From Candidatus Poribacteria bacterium (GTDB lineage Bacteria > Poribacteria > WGA-4E > WGA-3G), in contig CAXXLX010000001.1 of NCBI GenBank assembly GCA_963665235.2, forward strand, positions 3,168,001-3,232,000: a stretch of 64,000 nt of DNA, given 5' to 3'. Position numbers and translations under genes: made by a program. Positions 19,111 to 29,392 of the stretch are shown here, in pieces (positions within the stretch are counted from its first letter, which is position 1; each line of letters opens with the position of its first letter). The notes beneath the pieces are model-generated. The model did no database searches. It had not been told where the DNA came from and saw only the letters and a program-made list of their open reading frames with translations.

Positions 19111-22100
19111 CTATTTTTCAAAGTTGAAATGAAGCATACCTTGGTTTTCTGTGCCTACATATAACGTGTTCCGCTCAGCGGCGAGGGAGGTCACGCTATC
19201 CGGTATCTCTGAGACAACCTGTTGCCACGTGCCATTTTCCAAGCGATAGACACCTGTCTTTTCGGTAACACCATAAAGGGTTGTGCCATCAACAGCCAAG
19301 TGCTCCATGATAAGGTTCGTCCCCGTTGCATCTGTGACAGGATGCCAACCTCTTCCGTTAATGGATGTGGCGACCCCCGCGTCAGTTGCTACATACACCG
19401 TGGGCCCGGCAACCCCAATTTCTTTGAAAGTTTTAGCGGGAAATGGCAGAGCCGGTGTGAAATCGATCCAATTATTTCCTTCGTTCAACGATACGAAGAG
19501 GTGTCCATCGCGTTTACCGGCGTAAACGGTGTTGCCTGAAACCGCAAGTTTGAGCGTTTTTCTCGCTATGTCCGGAGAAAGTTCAACGGTTTCCTCCAAG
19601 CCGGTGTCGCTCCATTCTGTATCCCCCCGCTTCCACCGGAAGAGTTTAAAGTTGTATTCCATATAAAACGTATCGTCACTAACAGCAAATGGGCCCCCGG
19701 TGAATCCTAATTCGACATGAAGCATCGCCTCCGGGCTATAAGGATTCTGTTGCATATCCCCTTGTGCTAACTGTTTGAAGAATTGGGCTGCGCCTGGAAA
19801 CCGATTTGGCAAATGTTCAATACGCTTCTTCTGATATGGGCTAGGCGGTCCTCCCCTTATTTGAAATAATTTTTCCATTAATGGTCTTGCGTTAAAGCTA
19901 GGCATTCCTTGGATAGGGGCAATTGTCCTTCCATCTGTAGTGATACGATATAGAAGTGTTTTTTCACCCACGCGGAAATCTCCCCCTTTTGCATAGAGAA
20001 TCCCACCGGATTTGATTATGTGAGTAATAACGGGTGGTTCGTCCCTATTAGGTGTTGTCATCGGTATTTCCATTTGAACCCTCTTCCAAGATTTACCCGC
20101 ATCTGTAGTTTTTACTAGTGCATCTTCAAATGTTGCGTAGAGAATCGGATGCCTATTTTGTGCAGTATCGCTTCCCTTATATACAATAAGATTATCTATA
20201 AGCATCTCATCCTGAACGATATTCACTCTGTTCCAGGATTTGCCGCCATCAGCAGTTCGATGGAGTCCATCATTGCTATTGAGATAAAAAACATGTTCAC
20301 TCAACGCCACAGCAGTGGAATTTCCGGAGCAAAGGGGTATTGTTAAAGGAGAAGTACTCGGGGATTCTGGCGGCAGCCATGTATCTCCGCTATCGGTAGA
20401 GCGGACCAGCCCCCGTTCCATCATCAGAAACGTTCCCCCTGCAGCGACAAGGGTGAGTCTGGGCGGCCATCCCTTTACGGACCATGCATCTGTTGGGGTT
20501 ATATCTGTCCATGAATTTCCATAGTCCATCGAACGGAATAGCCACCAGGTCCGCCGCCGTCCCTCCGATGCTTCCCACGGCTCGATTTCTACTGTTGCCA
20601 TTACATAGAGCCGCTCTTTAGTAGCTGTAACCGAATAAGGCACAATTGCCTTAGCTATTGGAAATTCTAAGCGTTGCCAGCTATTGGCGTTCCAGCGATA
20701 AAGTCCTGTCTCGGTTGCAGCAAACAGTGTGTTTGGCATCGCTGTGAAAGAGGGATAGGGGTACCCCCCAGGCAATTCATCCATTTTCATTTTCTTCCAG
20801 GTCTTACCGATGTCCGTGGAACGGAATACACCTCTATCTCCTCTAAAAACGATGTAAAATGCTTCTTCCGTTAGTGTCAGTTCATACGGGGCCCAATCTT
20901 CTGCCAATCCCTCCTGCCATTGGTAAACTGAACGCCACGTTTTGCCCCCATTTTTTGAAGTGTAAAGTTCATTGGCTAGAACGATGTAAAAGGTATCCTT
21001 CCACGCTCCCAGCAGCGGTAGAGGCGTTTTGTCACTCCAGGAAACATTGATAGCTGAATGCAGGTCGCAGACATGCTCCCATGCGTTATCATCAGCTTCA
21101 TTTCGTTTGTAGATGTTTCTACCAATAAGGACGTAAAGTTTGCCCTCAGTTGTCGTAATTAAAGCGTGTGCCTGACTCCCTCTGATAGGTTCAGACGGTA
21201 TCCACTGCTGTTTGGGAGTAGAAACATCTTCTCCTTCCGCCTGTGCGGCCGCCAATAACATTGTCTCCGGTTTTTGTCCGTTATTATCGCTTTTACCGGG
21301 TGCGTTTGCGTTTCCAAGCCGGTTTCGGACATCCGGTTTCATTTCAAGATTGCGGACAAGCGGTGCATCAATAATGTCTACCGTCGTCTCAGCTTGTGCG
21401 TTCAAACTGTAAGGTTGTTGAAAACGTGCTAAGTATTGACTGCCTATACCGAGCATCAGCAAGAGCAGGATGGCACTTGTAGCACTTATCATCCATGGCA
21501 CCAGGGGTTTACCCCCGGAAGGTACAGCGGGTTTCAGGTGTGCGACCTCGCGCATGATATTGTCGGTCAGATGCGGTGAGAGCTGGAAATGGTCAAGGGC
21601 TTCTCGTATCATTGTCTCCTCCCTTTGCAAGCGTTGCTGTGCCCTGCGGAGCCGGCTTCTAATCGTATTTGCGGATACGCCTAAGAACGCCCCGATTTCG
21701 GTACTAGACATCTCGCTGAAGTAATGCAACGTAATGACGGTGCGTTCACTCTCCGGTAGTTTTGCGAGCAACTTTTTGACAACTTCGCGTTGTGCTTCCC
21801 CTGCGATTTTTGCGCGTTCTTGGACGACATATTCGGAATAAACATCTGTTTGTATCAAGTTTGTCTCCGTGTCCTCGTCTTCGAGCGGTTGTGTTTGTAT
21901 CCGTTTTTTGCGGAGCCAGGTAGAACAGAGGTTGCTTGTAATGACATAGAGCCAGCCCGCAAACTGTTTCGGATTTTTCAGGGTATGAAGTCTTTTATAC
22001 ACCTTGAGAAATGCATCCTGTGTGATTTCTTCTGCAATGTGGAAGTCGCCTATTCTTCGCCAGGCGAGTGTGTGAACCTGCTTTTGGTATTTTTTCACAA

Positions 22101-22167
22101 GCGTAGCGAACGCATTCTCATCCCCCGCAAGGACGCGCTTTATCAGTTCAACATCTTCGTTTTTCAT
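19111..22167 (-). CDS. ECF sigma-70 factor fused via a TM helix to an Asp-box beta-propeller domain
   Basis: sigma2 (AEEITQDAF..FAGWLY), sigma4 (LPESERTVITLHYF..EIGAFLG..TIRSRLRRA), TM WMISATSAILLLLMLGIG, multiple S/TxDxGxxW repeats. Confidence 0.88.
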   Translation of the reverse strand: MKNEDVELIKRVLAGDENAFATLVKKYQKQVHTLAWRRIGDFHIAEEITQDAFLKVYKRLHTLKNPKQFAGWLYVITSNLCSTWLRKKRIQTQPLEDEDTETNLIQTDVYSEYVVQERAKIAGEAQREVVKKLLAKLPESERTVITLHYFSEMSSTEIGAFLGVSANTIRSRLRRAQQRLQREETMIREALDHFQLSPHLTDNIMREVAHLKPAVPSGGKPLVPWMISATSAILLLLMLGIGSQYLARFQQPYSLNAQAETTVDIIDAPLVRNLEMKPDVRNRLGNANAPGKSDNNGQKPETMLLAAAQAEGEDVSTPKQQWIPSEPIRGSQAHALITTTEGKLYVLIGRNIYKRNEADDNAWEHVCDLHSAINVSWSDKTPLPLLGAWKDTFYIVLANELYTSKNGGKTWRSVYQWQEGLAEDWAPYELTLTEEAFYIVFRGDRGVFRSTDIGKTWKKMKMDELPGGYPYPSFTAMPNTLFAATETGLYRWNANSWQRLEFPIAKAIVPYSVTATKERLYVMATVEIEPWEASEGRRRTWWLFRSMDYGNSWTDITPTDAWSVKGWPPRLTLVAAGGTFLMMERGLVRSTDSGDTWLPPESPSTSPLTIPLCSGNSTAVALSEHVFYLNSNDGLHRTADGGKSWNRVNIVQDEMLIDNLIVYKGSDTAQNRHPILYATFEDALVKTTDAGKSWKRVQMEIPMTTPNRDEPPVITHIIKSGGILYAKGGDFRVGEKTLLYRITTDGRTIAPIQGMPSFNARPLMEKLFQIRGGPPSPYQKKRIEHLPNRFPGAAQFFKQLAQGDMQQNPYSPEAMLHVELGFTGGPFAVSDDTFYMEYNFKLFRWKRGDTEWSDTGLEETVELSPDIARKTLKLAVSGNTVYAGKRDGHLFVSLNEGNNWIDFTPALPFPAKTFKEIGVAGPTVYVATDAGVATSINGRGWHPVTDATGTNLIMEHLAVDGTTLYGVTEKTGVYRLENGTWQQVVSEIPDSVTSLAAERNTLYVGTENQGMLHFNFEK

Positions 22168-22213
22168 CAGAGGCCTCCGGAAAACAATTGTTTGGTAGAT
22201 AACGTATCTGATT

Positions 22214-22251
22214 ATAGTGACGCTAGTTCGGGATGAAAGTGGTGCATAATT
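22214..22251 (-). promoter_or_regulatory. putative ECF-type (auto-regulated) promoter
   Basis: AATTATGCACCA-N..-AACTAGCGTCACTAT; same spacing as the 25604-25641 copy. Confidence 0.5.
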
Positions 22252-22321
22252 CTTTGATTGGCGAATGGCTATTGGCGATTAGCAATTGGCGATTAGCAAG
22301 ATGTTGTGATTCTAATAACAT

Positions 22322-22465
22322 AACGCAAGTTGCCACATAGTAGCATAAACTTCCTAGTTTGTGCCATAAGGGCGCGAACTAGGAAGTTCACGCTACAATT
22401 ATCAGCAGTTTTTGACTAAAAGCGGCGTTCCCAAGTCTAAAAATTTATAGGTGGCAACTTAGGTT
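22322..22465. mobile_element. MITE-like element, family C
   Basis: AACGCAAGTTGCCAC...GTGGCAACTTAGGTT ends; AACAT at 22317-22321 and 22466-22470; carries an inverted GTAGCATAAACTTCCTAGTTTGTGC doublet. Confidence 0.75.
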
Positions 22466-22576
22466 AACATATCTGAAGCGCGTCAGAGCCGTCCTCCTCT
22501 TGCTATAGGTTTCCATAGGTTTCCAATAGTTTCCAACATTCTAGAAACATTCCGCCCATACTGGGCTAAGACCAAT

Positions 22577-25573
22577 TTATTTTTCAAGTGTGTAGTGAAG
22601 CATACCGTCGTTTTCCGTGCCGATGTATAACGTATCCCCGCCAACAGCGAGGGAAATCACGTTATACGGTATTGCTGAGACAACTTGTTGCCACGTGCCG
22701 TTTTCCAAGCGATAGATACCCCCTACTTTTTCGGTAATGCCGTAAAGGGTTGTGCCATCAACAGTTAAGTGCTTCATGATAAGATTTGTCCCTGCTGCGT
22801 CGGTGACGGGATGCCAACTTTTCCCATTGTCTGATGCGGTGACACCTGCGTCCGTTGCCACATATCCCGTGGTACCACCAAACACAATATCTTTGAAGGT
22901 TTTAACGGGAAACGGTAGAGCCGACGTGAGGTCGAGCCAACTATTTCCCTTATCAAACGATGCGACGAGGTGTCCATCCCGTTTGCCGGCATAGACAGTG
23001 TTGCCTGAAGCGGCAAGTTTGAGCTCTTTCTGTACTATATGCCACGCGAATTCAGTGGTTTTTTCCACACCTGTATCGTACCATTCTGTATCCCCTTTTT
23101 TCCATCGTAAGAGTTTAAAGTTATGTTCCACAAAGAACGTGTCGTCACTTACAGCTAAAGCCCCCCCTAATCCCTCTCGACGAAATGTATCTGCTTTTCG
23201 GGGTTCCATTAGAGCTAACTGTTTAAAGAACTGTGTTGCTCCATGAGAGCTTTCTTGTAACTGTTCAACAAATGCTTGGAAATTTTGAGCGAACGACTTA
23301 TCTGAGCTTATAGAAAGCCCTTGATCTATCAAGTGAAATAATCTTGACGAGTCAAAGATTGGCATACCCGGAATTGTTACTAAGGTATTGCTATCTGTAG
23401 ATACACGATACAGGCGCGACTTGGAGCTGCCAGCATCATAACCTTTTCCATTTACATAGATATTTCCATCAGATTTAACTATTTGTGTAATGCTTAGTGG
23501 TTTTTCATTATCGGTTGATGTCATGAGTATCTCTGGATGAACAGTTTTCCAAGACGTGCCGTTGTCGGTAGTTTTTAAGATATGTCCGTTACTTCCATAA
23601 ATAGTCGGCAGCCTGTTTTGCCCGTTATCACCTCCATTGGACACAATTAGATTATCTATTCCCCCGCCATATTTATTCGGCGTGACGTTTACAACGTTCC
23701 AAGATTTTCCTTTATCGGTGGAACGATGAAGACCGTGTAAGCTATTGACGTAAAAAACATGCTCATTTAATGCCACAGCAGTCATACCAAGGACTCCCCT
23801 CATAGGGACGTTGCCTGATAATTGTGGTGGCATCCATGTATCTCCGCCATCGGTAGAGCGAACTATACCTCTTTCCATCACTATAAGTGTATCCCCAGCG
23901 GCAACAAGGCTGATTCTAGATTGCCATCCTTTAGTGGGCCATGCATTTGTAGGCGTTATATCTGTCCATGAGTTTCCAAGGTCCGTTGAGCGAAATATCC
24001 ACCATGTCTGTTGTCGTCCTTCCGATGCTGCTACGGGCTCCCATGCCTGACCTATGTACCCCACTGCATACAGATAATCGTTAGTGGCCGTCAACGACAT
24101 CCTAGGTGCTGGAAATTCTAACCGTTGCCAGCTATCACTATTCCAACGATAGAGCTCGGTACCAGTTGAAGCAATTACCGTGTTTTGTATCTCTACGAAA
24201 GCGTAAAGTTCTTGCGATAATTCATCCCAAGTCTCGCCTTTATCTTCAGAGCGAAAAGTACCTTCCCAAAAAGTCAGATAAAACGCTTGTTCTGTTAGCA
24301 CTAATTCATACGGAGAGGTACATTTTTCTGGAAATGTGTGAACCGTATCCCATGTCTTGCCACCATCCTCTGAAGCCAAGAGTTTATTGGATGGGAGAAT
24401 ATAAAGGGTATCGTCCCATTCTGCCATAGGAAAATCAACGAGTCTATCGTCAATTAGCGCGCTAATGTCGCTTAGGTGTTTCCACTTTGTTTCACTGTTT
24501 TGTAGTTTGTATACGTGTCCATCAGCAACAGTATAAATCTCTCCCTTAGAGGTTGCAAGTAAACTTTCCACATGAGTTCCTCTGGTAGATTCAGACGGTA
24601 TCCACTGCTGTTGCTGTCTCCGGTTTCTTGCCTGTATTATCGCTTTGGGGACAGAGAAGTCCTCTCCTTCCGCCTGTGTGGCAGCTAACAGAACCGTTTT
24701 ACCGGGTGCATTTGCGTTTCCGAGTCGGTTTCGGACATCCGGTTTCACATCAAGGTTTAGCACAATAGGTGCATCAATAATGTCTACCGTCGTCTCGGTT
24801 TCTGCCTTCAAACTATAAGGCTGCTGAAAACGTGATAGGTATTGACTGCCTATTCCAAGCATCAGCAAAATCAATGCCACGCTTGAAGCAGTAATCGCCC
24901 ATGGCATTAGGGGTTTGCTGCCGGTAGGTGCGGCGGGTTTCAGGCGTGCGACCTCACGCATGATGCTGTCGGTCAGATGCGGTGAAATCTGGAAATGGTC
25001 AAGGGCTTCTCGTATCATAGTCTCCTCCGTTTGTAAGCGTTGCCGTGCGCGGTGTAATCGGCTCTTAATCGTTCCGACAGATACGCCTAAGAATTTGCCA
25101 ATCTCTTCACAGGTCATTTCAGCGAAGTAGTGTAGCATTATGACAGTGCGTTCACTCTCTTTCAGCTTCGCAAGCAGCTTCTTGACAACTTCACGTTGTG
25201 CTTCAGTTGCTACTTTTGCCTGTTCTTGAACGACATATTCAGAGTAAGCATCTCTCTGTATCATAGTTGTCTCTGTGCCCTCATCTTCTAAGGGTTGTGT
25301 CTGTATCCGTTTTTTACGGAGCCACGTAGCGCACAAGTTGCTTGTAATGACATAGAGCCACCCTGCAAACTGTTTCGGATTTTTCAAGGTATGAAGCCGT
25401 TGATGGACCTTGAGAAAGGTGTCCTGTGTAATCTCTTCAGCGATGTGGAAGTCGCCTATTTTCCGCCAGGCGAGTGTGTGCACCGGTTTCTGATATTTTT
25501 TCACTAATTCGGTGAAAGCAGGTTCATCGCCCGCGAGAATACGTTGGATAAGTTGAACATCGTCGTTTGTCAT
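22577..25573 (-). CDS. ECF sigma-70 factor fused via a TM helix to an Asp-box beta-propeller (paralog of 19111-22167)
   Basis: same architecture; sigma domains nearly identical to the paralog. Confidence 0.88.
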   Translation of the reverse strand: MTNDDVQLIQRILAGDEPAFTELVKKYQKPVHTLAWRKIGDFHIAEEITQDTFLKVHQRLHTLKNPKQFAGWLYVITSNLCATWLRKKRIQTQPLEDEGTETTMIQRDAYSEYVVQEQAKVATEAQREVVKKLLAKLKESERTVIMLHYFAEMTCEEIGKFLGVSVGTIKSRLHRARQRLQTEETMIREALDHFQISPHLTDSIMREVARLKPAAPTGSKPLMPWAITASSVALILLMLGIGSQYLSRFQQPYSLKAETETTVDIIDAPIVLNLDVKPDVRNRLGNANAPGKTVLLAATQAEGEDFSVPKAIIQARNRRQQQQWIPSESTRGTHVESLLATSKGEIYTVADGHVYKLQNSETKWKHLSDISALIDDRLVDFPMAEWDDTLYILPSNKLLASEDGGKTWDTVHTFPEKCTSPYELVLTEQAFYLTFWEGTFRSEDKGETWDELSQELYAFVEIQNTVIASTGTELYRWNSDSWQRLEFPAPRMSLTATNDYLYAVGYIGQAWEPVAASEGRQQTWWIFRSTDLGNSWTDITPTNAWPTKGWQSRISLVAAGDTLIVMERGIVRSTDGGDTWMPPQLSGNVPMRGVLGMTAVALNEHVFYVNSLHGLHRSTDKGKSWNVVNVTPNKYGGGIDNLIVSNGGDNGQNRLPTIYGSNGHILKTTDNGTSWKTVHPEILMTSTDNEKPLSITQIVKSDGNIYVNGKGYDAGSSKSRLYRVSTDSNTLVTIPGMPIFDSSRLFHLIDQGLSISSDKSFAQNFQAFVEQLQESSHGATQFFKQLALMEPRKADTFRREGLGGALAVSDDTFFVEHNFKLLRWKKGDTEWYDTGVEKTTEFAWHIVQKELKLAASGNTVYAGKRDGHLVASFDKGNSWLDLTSALPFPVKTFKDIVFGGTTGYVATDAGVTASDNGKSWHPVTDAAGTNLIMKHLTVDGTTLYGITEKVGGIYRLENGTWQQVVSAIPYNVISLAVGGDTLYIGTENDGMLHYTLEK

Positions 25574-25603
25574 CGGGTGTCTCCAGAAAACATTTGTTTG
25601 ACC

Positions 25604-25641
25604 ATAGTGACGCTAGTTAGGGGGAAAACGGTTGCATAATT
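25604..25641 (-). promoter_or_regulatory. putative ECF-type promoter
   Basis: GCAACC-N17-CGTCACTAT upstream of the 25573 start. Confidence 0.55.
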
Positions 25642-25767
25642 AGTTGTTGGCGATTGGCAATTAGCAATTGGCAATTGGCAAGAGGTTTGTGATTCTAAAT
25701 ACGCGGTCTGACGCGCGTCAGAGGGCTTAGATTCATCTCTTGCTAACAGCCAACGGCCAACAGCCAT

Positions 25768-26916
25768 TTAACCGAGTCTGATAACCTCGCCGCTTGCTGC
25801 GGAACGGTAACCAGCGGAGATAATTTCGACGGATTGTGCTGCGAATTCGGCGTTCATTTCGCTTTCCACGTCGTTTTCGATACAGTCTATGAACGCGCTG
25901 AACTCCCGTTGTCCATCATTTCCGCTGCTGATATCTATCCAATGCTGTTTCGGCTGCATTTTAATTTCGGCTTGTGTGCTGCTCCACATGCCCATTGGGT
26001 CGAGGGGGTGTGGGGGAGGCGGCTCAAAGGCGGGTTCATCGGAGAATACGACGAGACGTGCAGAAGCAGCGTCAAACGTCAAGCTGCCACGCGTACCGAC
26101 AAGGTGTACCTTCTGTACACCGCCGCGCGGGTGACTTTTCCATCCGTAACGCCCGCCAGCGATTGTTGCTGTGATGTCGCCCTCTAGCGTCAATACCAAT
26201 GCCCCAAAATCCTCTACATCACACCCGTGATGCTCTTTGAAAAAATAGTTTGCAGTTGCACCGAAAACCGTTTGGACAGGTCTCGGCACTAACCAATTAA
26301 TCATTGACACGGCATAGACCCCGATATCAAACATTTCGCGTTTCGCCTCAACGAAGCTGTACCGTTCCACTGTGGGTTTCTCCACCCGTTTTTTACCGAC
26401 AGGTGCGCTGCCCGGATGTCCTTTTGCAAATAGGACATCACAGTGAATCGCTCGAAGCTCACCGATGTGTTCGCTATCCAACGCTTGTTTGACGGTCCGC
26501 GCCCAGGTGCTGTGAATATTGCTGTACATCTGTGTACGCACCCCGGTTTTTGCAACGGCATCAACAATCTGATGTGTGTGTTCGGGGTTGAGTGCCATCG
26601 GTTTATCCAGATAGACGTGCTTACCGGCTGCTGCACACTTTGCACCGACCTGTCCACGCCGTTCTACTTCGGTACAGAGACTTACAATATGCACATCATC
26701 ACGTGCCAATGCCGCGTTGAGGTCCGGAATAAAGGGTAGCTCTAACGCTGCTGCGAGGGAACGTGCCAATTCCACACGTTCTGTTGGCGCGTCCGGTTCA
26801 TCGGCGAACGCTACTAATTGACAGCGTGCATCTTGGTTGAAAAGTTCCGCGTAGTTTTCTTGGTGTGTGCGATACCCGCCAAGCAGGAGCACACCGTATT
26901 TTCCAGCTGTTTGCAT
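25768..26916 (-). CDS. Gfo/Idh/MocA family oxidoreductase
   Basis: AGKHVYLDKPMA, MFDIGVY, AYRSAASG-type C-terminus. Confidence 0.88.
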   Translation of the reverse strand: MQTAGKYGVLLLGGYRTHQENYAELFNQDARCQLVAFADEPDAPTERVELARSLAAALELPFIPDLNAALARDDVHIVSLCTEVERRGQVGAKCAAAGKHVYLDKPMALNPEHTHQIVDAVAKTGVRTQMYSNIHSTWARTVKQALDSEHIGELRAIHCDVLFAKGHPGSAPVGKKRVEKPTVERYSFVEAKREMFDIGVYAVSMINWLVPRPVQTVFGATANYFFKEHHGCDVEDFGALVLTLEGDITATIAGGRYGWKSHPRGGVQKVHLVGTRGSLTFDAASARLVVFSDEPAFEPPPPHPLDPMGMWSSTQAEIKMQPKQHWIDISSGNDGQREFSAFIDCIENDVESEMNAEFAAQSVEIISAGYRSAASGEVIRLG

Positions 26917-26918
26917 GT

Positions 26919-27362
26919 CTACTCCTCCACTGCTATAGGCTGGCCGCTTTCAAGTGCCCGCGCGATAGCCTCTGTCAGTTCACCCGTGTCGCCGAGTTGT
27001 AGTGGGGCAGCACTGAGAGAATGCCTCCCGACCGGCGTTTCATGGTAAATAACCCCCTTATTGCCAACCAACATTATATCAATGGCTGTTTCCGCGCTAA
27101 CCCGATTGACGCTCAACACTGCCATTTGTCCTGCTGCATATTGAAGCATGACTGTAACCTGCGTAGCGTTTGCATCGCCCTGGGCGTAGACACTCGTTGG
27201 CTGTGAAGGCATCCATCCGTTCGCAAGGGCAGCAATTTCAGCGGCTGGTGCCAGCAGACTCACTGTCTCATTCGCAACGTGAAGCACACACCTCAGAAAC
27301 ACGGGGCTCCCAATTCGGTCCTTTTCAATTACAGATTGGACCGATTTTTTTAGTAATTCCAT
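26919..27362 (-). CDS. hypothetical protein resembling a Gfo/Idh/MocA C-terminal domain
   Basis: AGGAGG RBS before MELLKK; RIGSPVFLR, IARALESGQPI; 2 bp from the downstream oxidoreductase. Confidence 0.6.
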   Translation of the reverse strand: MELLKKSVQSVIEKDRIGSPVFLRCVLHVANETVSLLAPAAEIAALANGWMPSQPTSVYAQGDANATQVTVMLQYAAGQMAVLSVNRVSAETAIDIMLVGNKGVIYHETPVGRHSLSAAPLQLGDTGELTEAIARALESGQPIAVEE

Positions 27363-27377
27363 TTTTCCTCCTAAATG

Positions 27378-27531
27378 AACGTGAGCTTGATAATAAATAT
27401 CCGTTTGCTCTAAACCTTTTGCATCGCGAAAAAAGCGGTATAATTGTAGCATAAACTTCCTAGTTTGTGCTGTTTTTTGCTAAAACTACCACAGAACGCT
27501 CTAGGTCAAAACTTTTTTTCAAACTCGCGTT
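27378..27531. mobile_element. MITE family A copy
   Basis: reverse complement of 593-745; AAATG at 27373-27377 and 27532-27536. Confidence 0.8.
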
Positions 27532-27663
27532 AAATGAGATAATCATAAAAATGTTGACGCATCTATTCACACTGTGCTAATATTTTAAAAAAGATATGTT
27601 TTTGGCTGGTAAACCACGCCAAACTCTCCGCAAATCTAATACATAACCTTTTGGAGGACACCT

Positions 27664-28029
27664 ATGCGAGGTAAAACCCTTAAACAATTACTTGCTGAAG
27701 CGAAAGCAAATGTTGGCGACATCTCCGCTGATGAGCTTACCGAGGCAGGTGAATCCGTTGTCATTATAGATGTAAGAGACGAGCCGGACTACGATGAAGC
27801 TCATTTGCCGAATGCGGTTTCTTTGCCGCGCGGTTATATAGAATTGGATATTGACGAGGTTGTACCCGAGCAGGATGCACATATTGTCACCTATTGCGGC
27901 GGCGGTACCCGCGCTACACTCTCCGCCCACACCTTAAAAATTATGGGATATGAGAACGTTTCCGTTCTGACCGGCGGTTTCCGTGGGTGGGAAGCTGCAG
28001 GGCTGCCGACCGAAAGTTCTGACGACTAA
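27664..28029 (+). CDS. rhodanese-like domain protein
   Basis: IIDVRDE, AHLPNA, active-site YCGGGTR, LTGGFRGW. Confidence 0.92.
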   Translation: MRGKTLKQLLAEAKANVGDISADELTEAGESVVIIDVRDEPDYDEAHLPNAVSLPRGYIELDIDEVVPEQDAHIVTYCGGGTRATLSAHTLKIMGYENVSVLTGGFRGWEAAGLPTESSDD

Positions 28030-28160
28030 GCACGTTGACGTAAGCAGATTAGCACGGATGGCAGAGCTTGTCAATATTTATTTTCAGCAACGGGATTGAA
28101 TGATTCTGTTTTCCGTAATGGGATGGCATGCTCTGCGTTTCTACTACTATGAGGAATGAT

Positions 28161-29189
28161 ATGCGAAAAGGATATATTTTCTTGGGATTGATGCTCCTGG
28201 CGTTTTGCATCGCTGGGTGTGGTGATCAGAAGAAACAACTCAACATCTTTACTTGGGCGGGTTATGTCAGCGATGATATCCGCTCGGGATTTGAAACGGA
28301 ATTCGGCGTGAAGGTCATTGTTGACACTTATGCTAGCAATGAAGACCTCCTCGCGAAGCTACAAGCCGGTGCAACAGGCTACGACATCATTATGCCATCC
28401 GACTATATGGTTTCTATCCTGATAAAGGCGAACCTATTGGCGGAATTGAATCGCGACAACATTCCCAATTTTCAGAACATCAGCCCGCTGTTTCTCGGCA
28501 AATATTTCGATACCGACAATCGATATTCTGTTCCCTATACCTTTGGCACTTCAGGTATCGCCTACGATTCAGCCGTGATGTCGACCCCACCCAATAGTTG
28601 GGCAGTGCTTTGGGATGAGAAATATGCCAATAAGTTTAGCATGCTTGATGACCAACGCGAAACGATTGGGGCCGCGCTGAAATTGCTCGGATACAGTTTG
28701 AATACGACTAACCCTGATGAACTTAAAGCGGCAAAGGAAAAATTAATTGCACAGAGACCGCTTGTCAAGCAGTATAAAAGCGAGGCGGAAGAGCTGCTCA
28801 TTGCGGGGGATGTGGTCATGGCGCACTGCTGGAGTGGTGATGCGTTTCGTGCAGTTGATACGCGCCCATCTATCCGATATGTTATTCCAAAAGAGGGGTC
28901 AAGTCAATTTATTGACACTGTTTGCATTCCGAATTCCGCCCCAAATAAAGCACTCGCGGAGGAATTTATCAACTATCTCCTCCGTCCGGAGGTTAATGCC
29001 AAAATTACCGTTTTTACCAAATACGGCACCTGTATACCTGCTGCGAAAGCACATCTTCCCGAACACTTGCAGGAACACAAATTTATCTATCCGCCGAAGT
29101 CGGTGTTGGAATCCCTGGAATGGTTGAAAGACCCAGGCGATTTTGCACCGGAATATAACCGGGCATGGGAAGAAATTAAGGCGAGATAG
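28161..29189 (+). CDS. potD: spermidine/putrescine ABC transporter substrate-binding lipoprotein (PotD/PotF family)
   Basis: lipobox IAGC; LNIFTWAGY, YASNEDL, YDIIMPSDY, VPYTFGT, LDDQRE, IPKEG. Confidence 0.85.
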   Translation: MRKGYIFLGLMLLAFCIAGCGDQKKQLNIFTWAGYVSDDIRSGFETEFGVKVIVDTYASNEDLLAKLQAGATGYDIIMPSDYMVSILIKANLLAELNRDNIPNFQNISPLFLGKYFDTDNRYSVPYTFGTSGIAYDSAVMSTPPNSWAVLWDEKYANKFSMLDDQRETIGAALKLLGYSLNTTNPDELKAAKEKLIAQRPLVKQYKSEAEELLIAGDVVMAHCWSGDAFRAVDTRPSIRYVIPKEGSSQFIDTVCIPNSAPNKALAEEFINYLLRPEVNAKITVFTKYGTCIPAAKAHLPEHLQEHKFIYPPKSVLESLEWLKDPGDFAPEYNRAWEEIKAR

Positions 29190-29226
29190 GTAATGCCGAT
29201 TTGCTTTGCTGTGAACCATATTTAGT

Positions 29227-29349
29227 TTGAGGAGTAGGCGGATTGCCCAGTATTTGGGAAACCAAAATATCGCGTGCGAATCACGCTCTTGAGGAGCGGG
29301 CTGCTTGCCCGAATGCTATAAGAGTATCGCGAGCACAGCTCGCTCCTAC
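29227..29349. repeat. REP doublet with a 29-nt insert
   Basis: minus strand: CTTAT-GTAG-GAGCGAGC.. followed by CTTAT-[29-mer]-GAGCGTGA.. Confidence 0.7.
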
Positions 29350-29357
29350 ATAAGAGA

Positions 29358-29386
29358 TTGACTTTTTAGAAAGATAGAGGTATACT
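29358..29386 (+). promoter_or_regulatory. sigma70 promoter, probably giving a leaderless rpn mRNA
   Basis: TTGACT-N17-TATACT; ATG 6 nt downstream; no SD. Confidence 0.6.
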
Positions 29387-29392
29387 ATTTAT

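Noticed and set aside
27363-27452. N-terminal extension of ORF 26919-27452
   Set aside because: Derived from the inserted MITE; the AGGAGG RBS supports a start at 27362.
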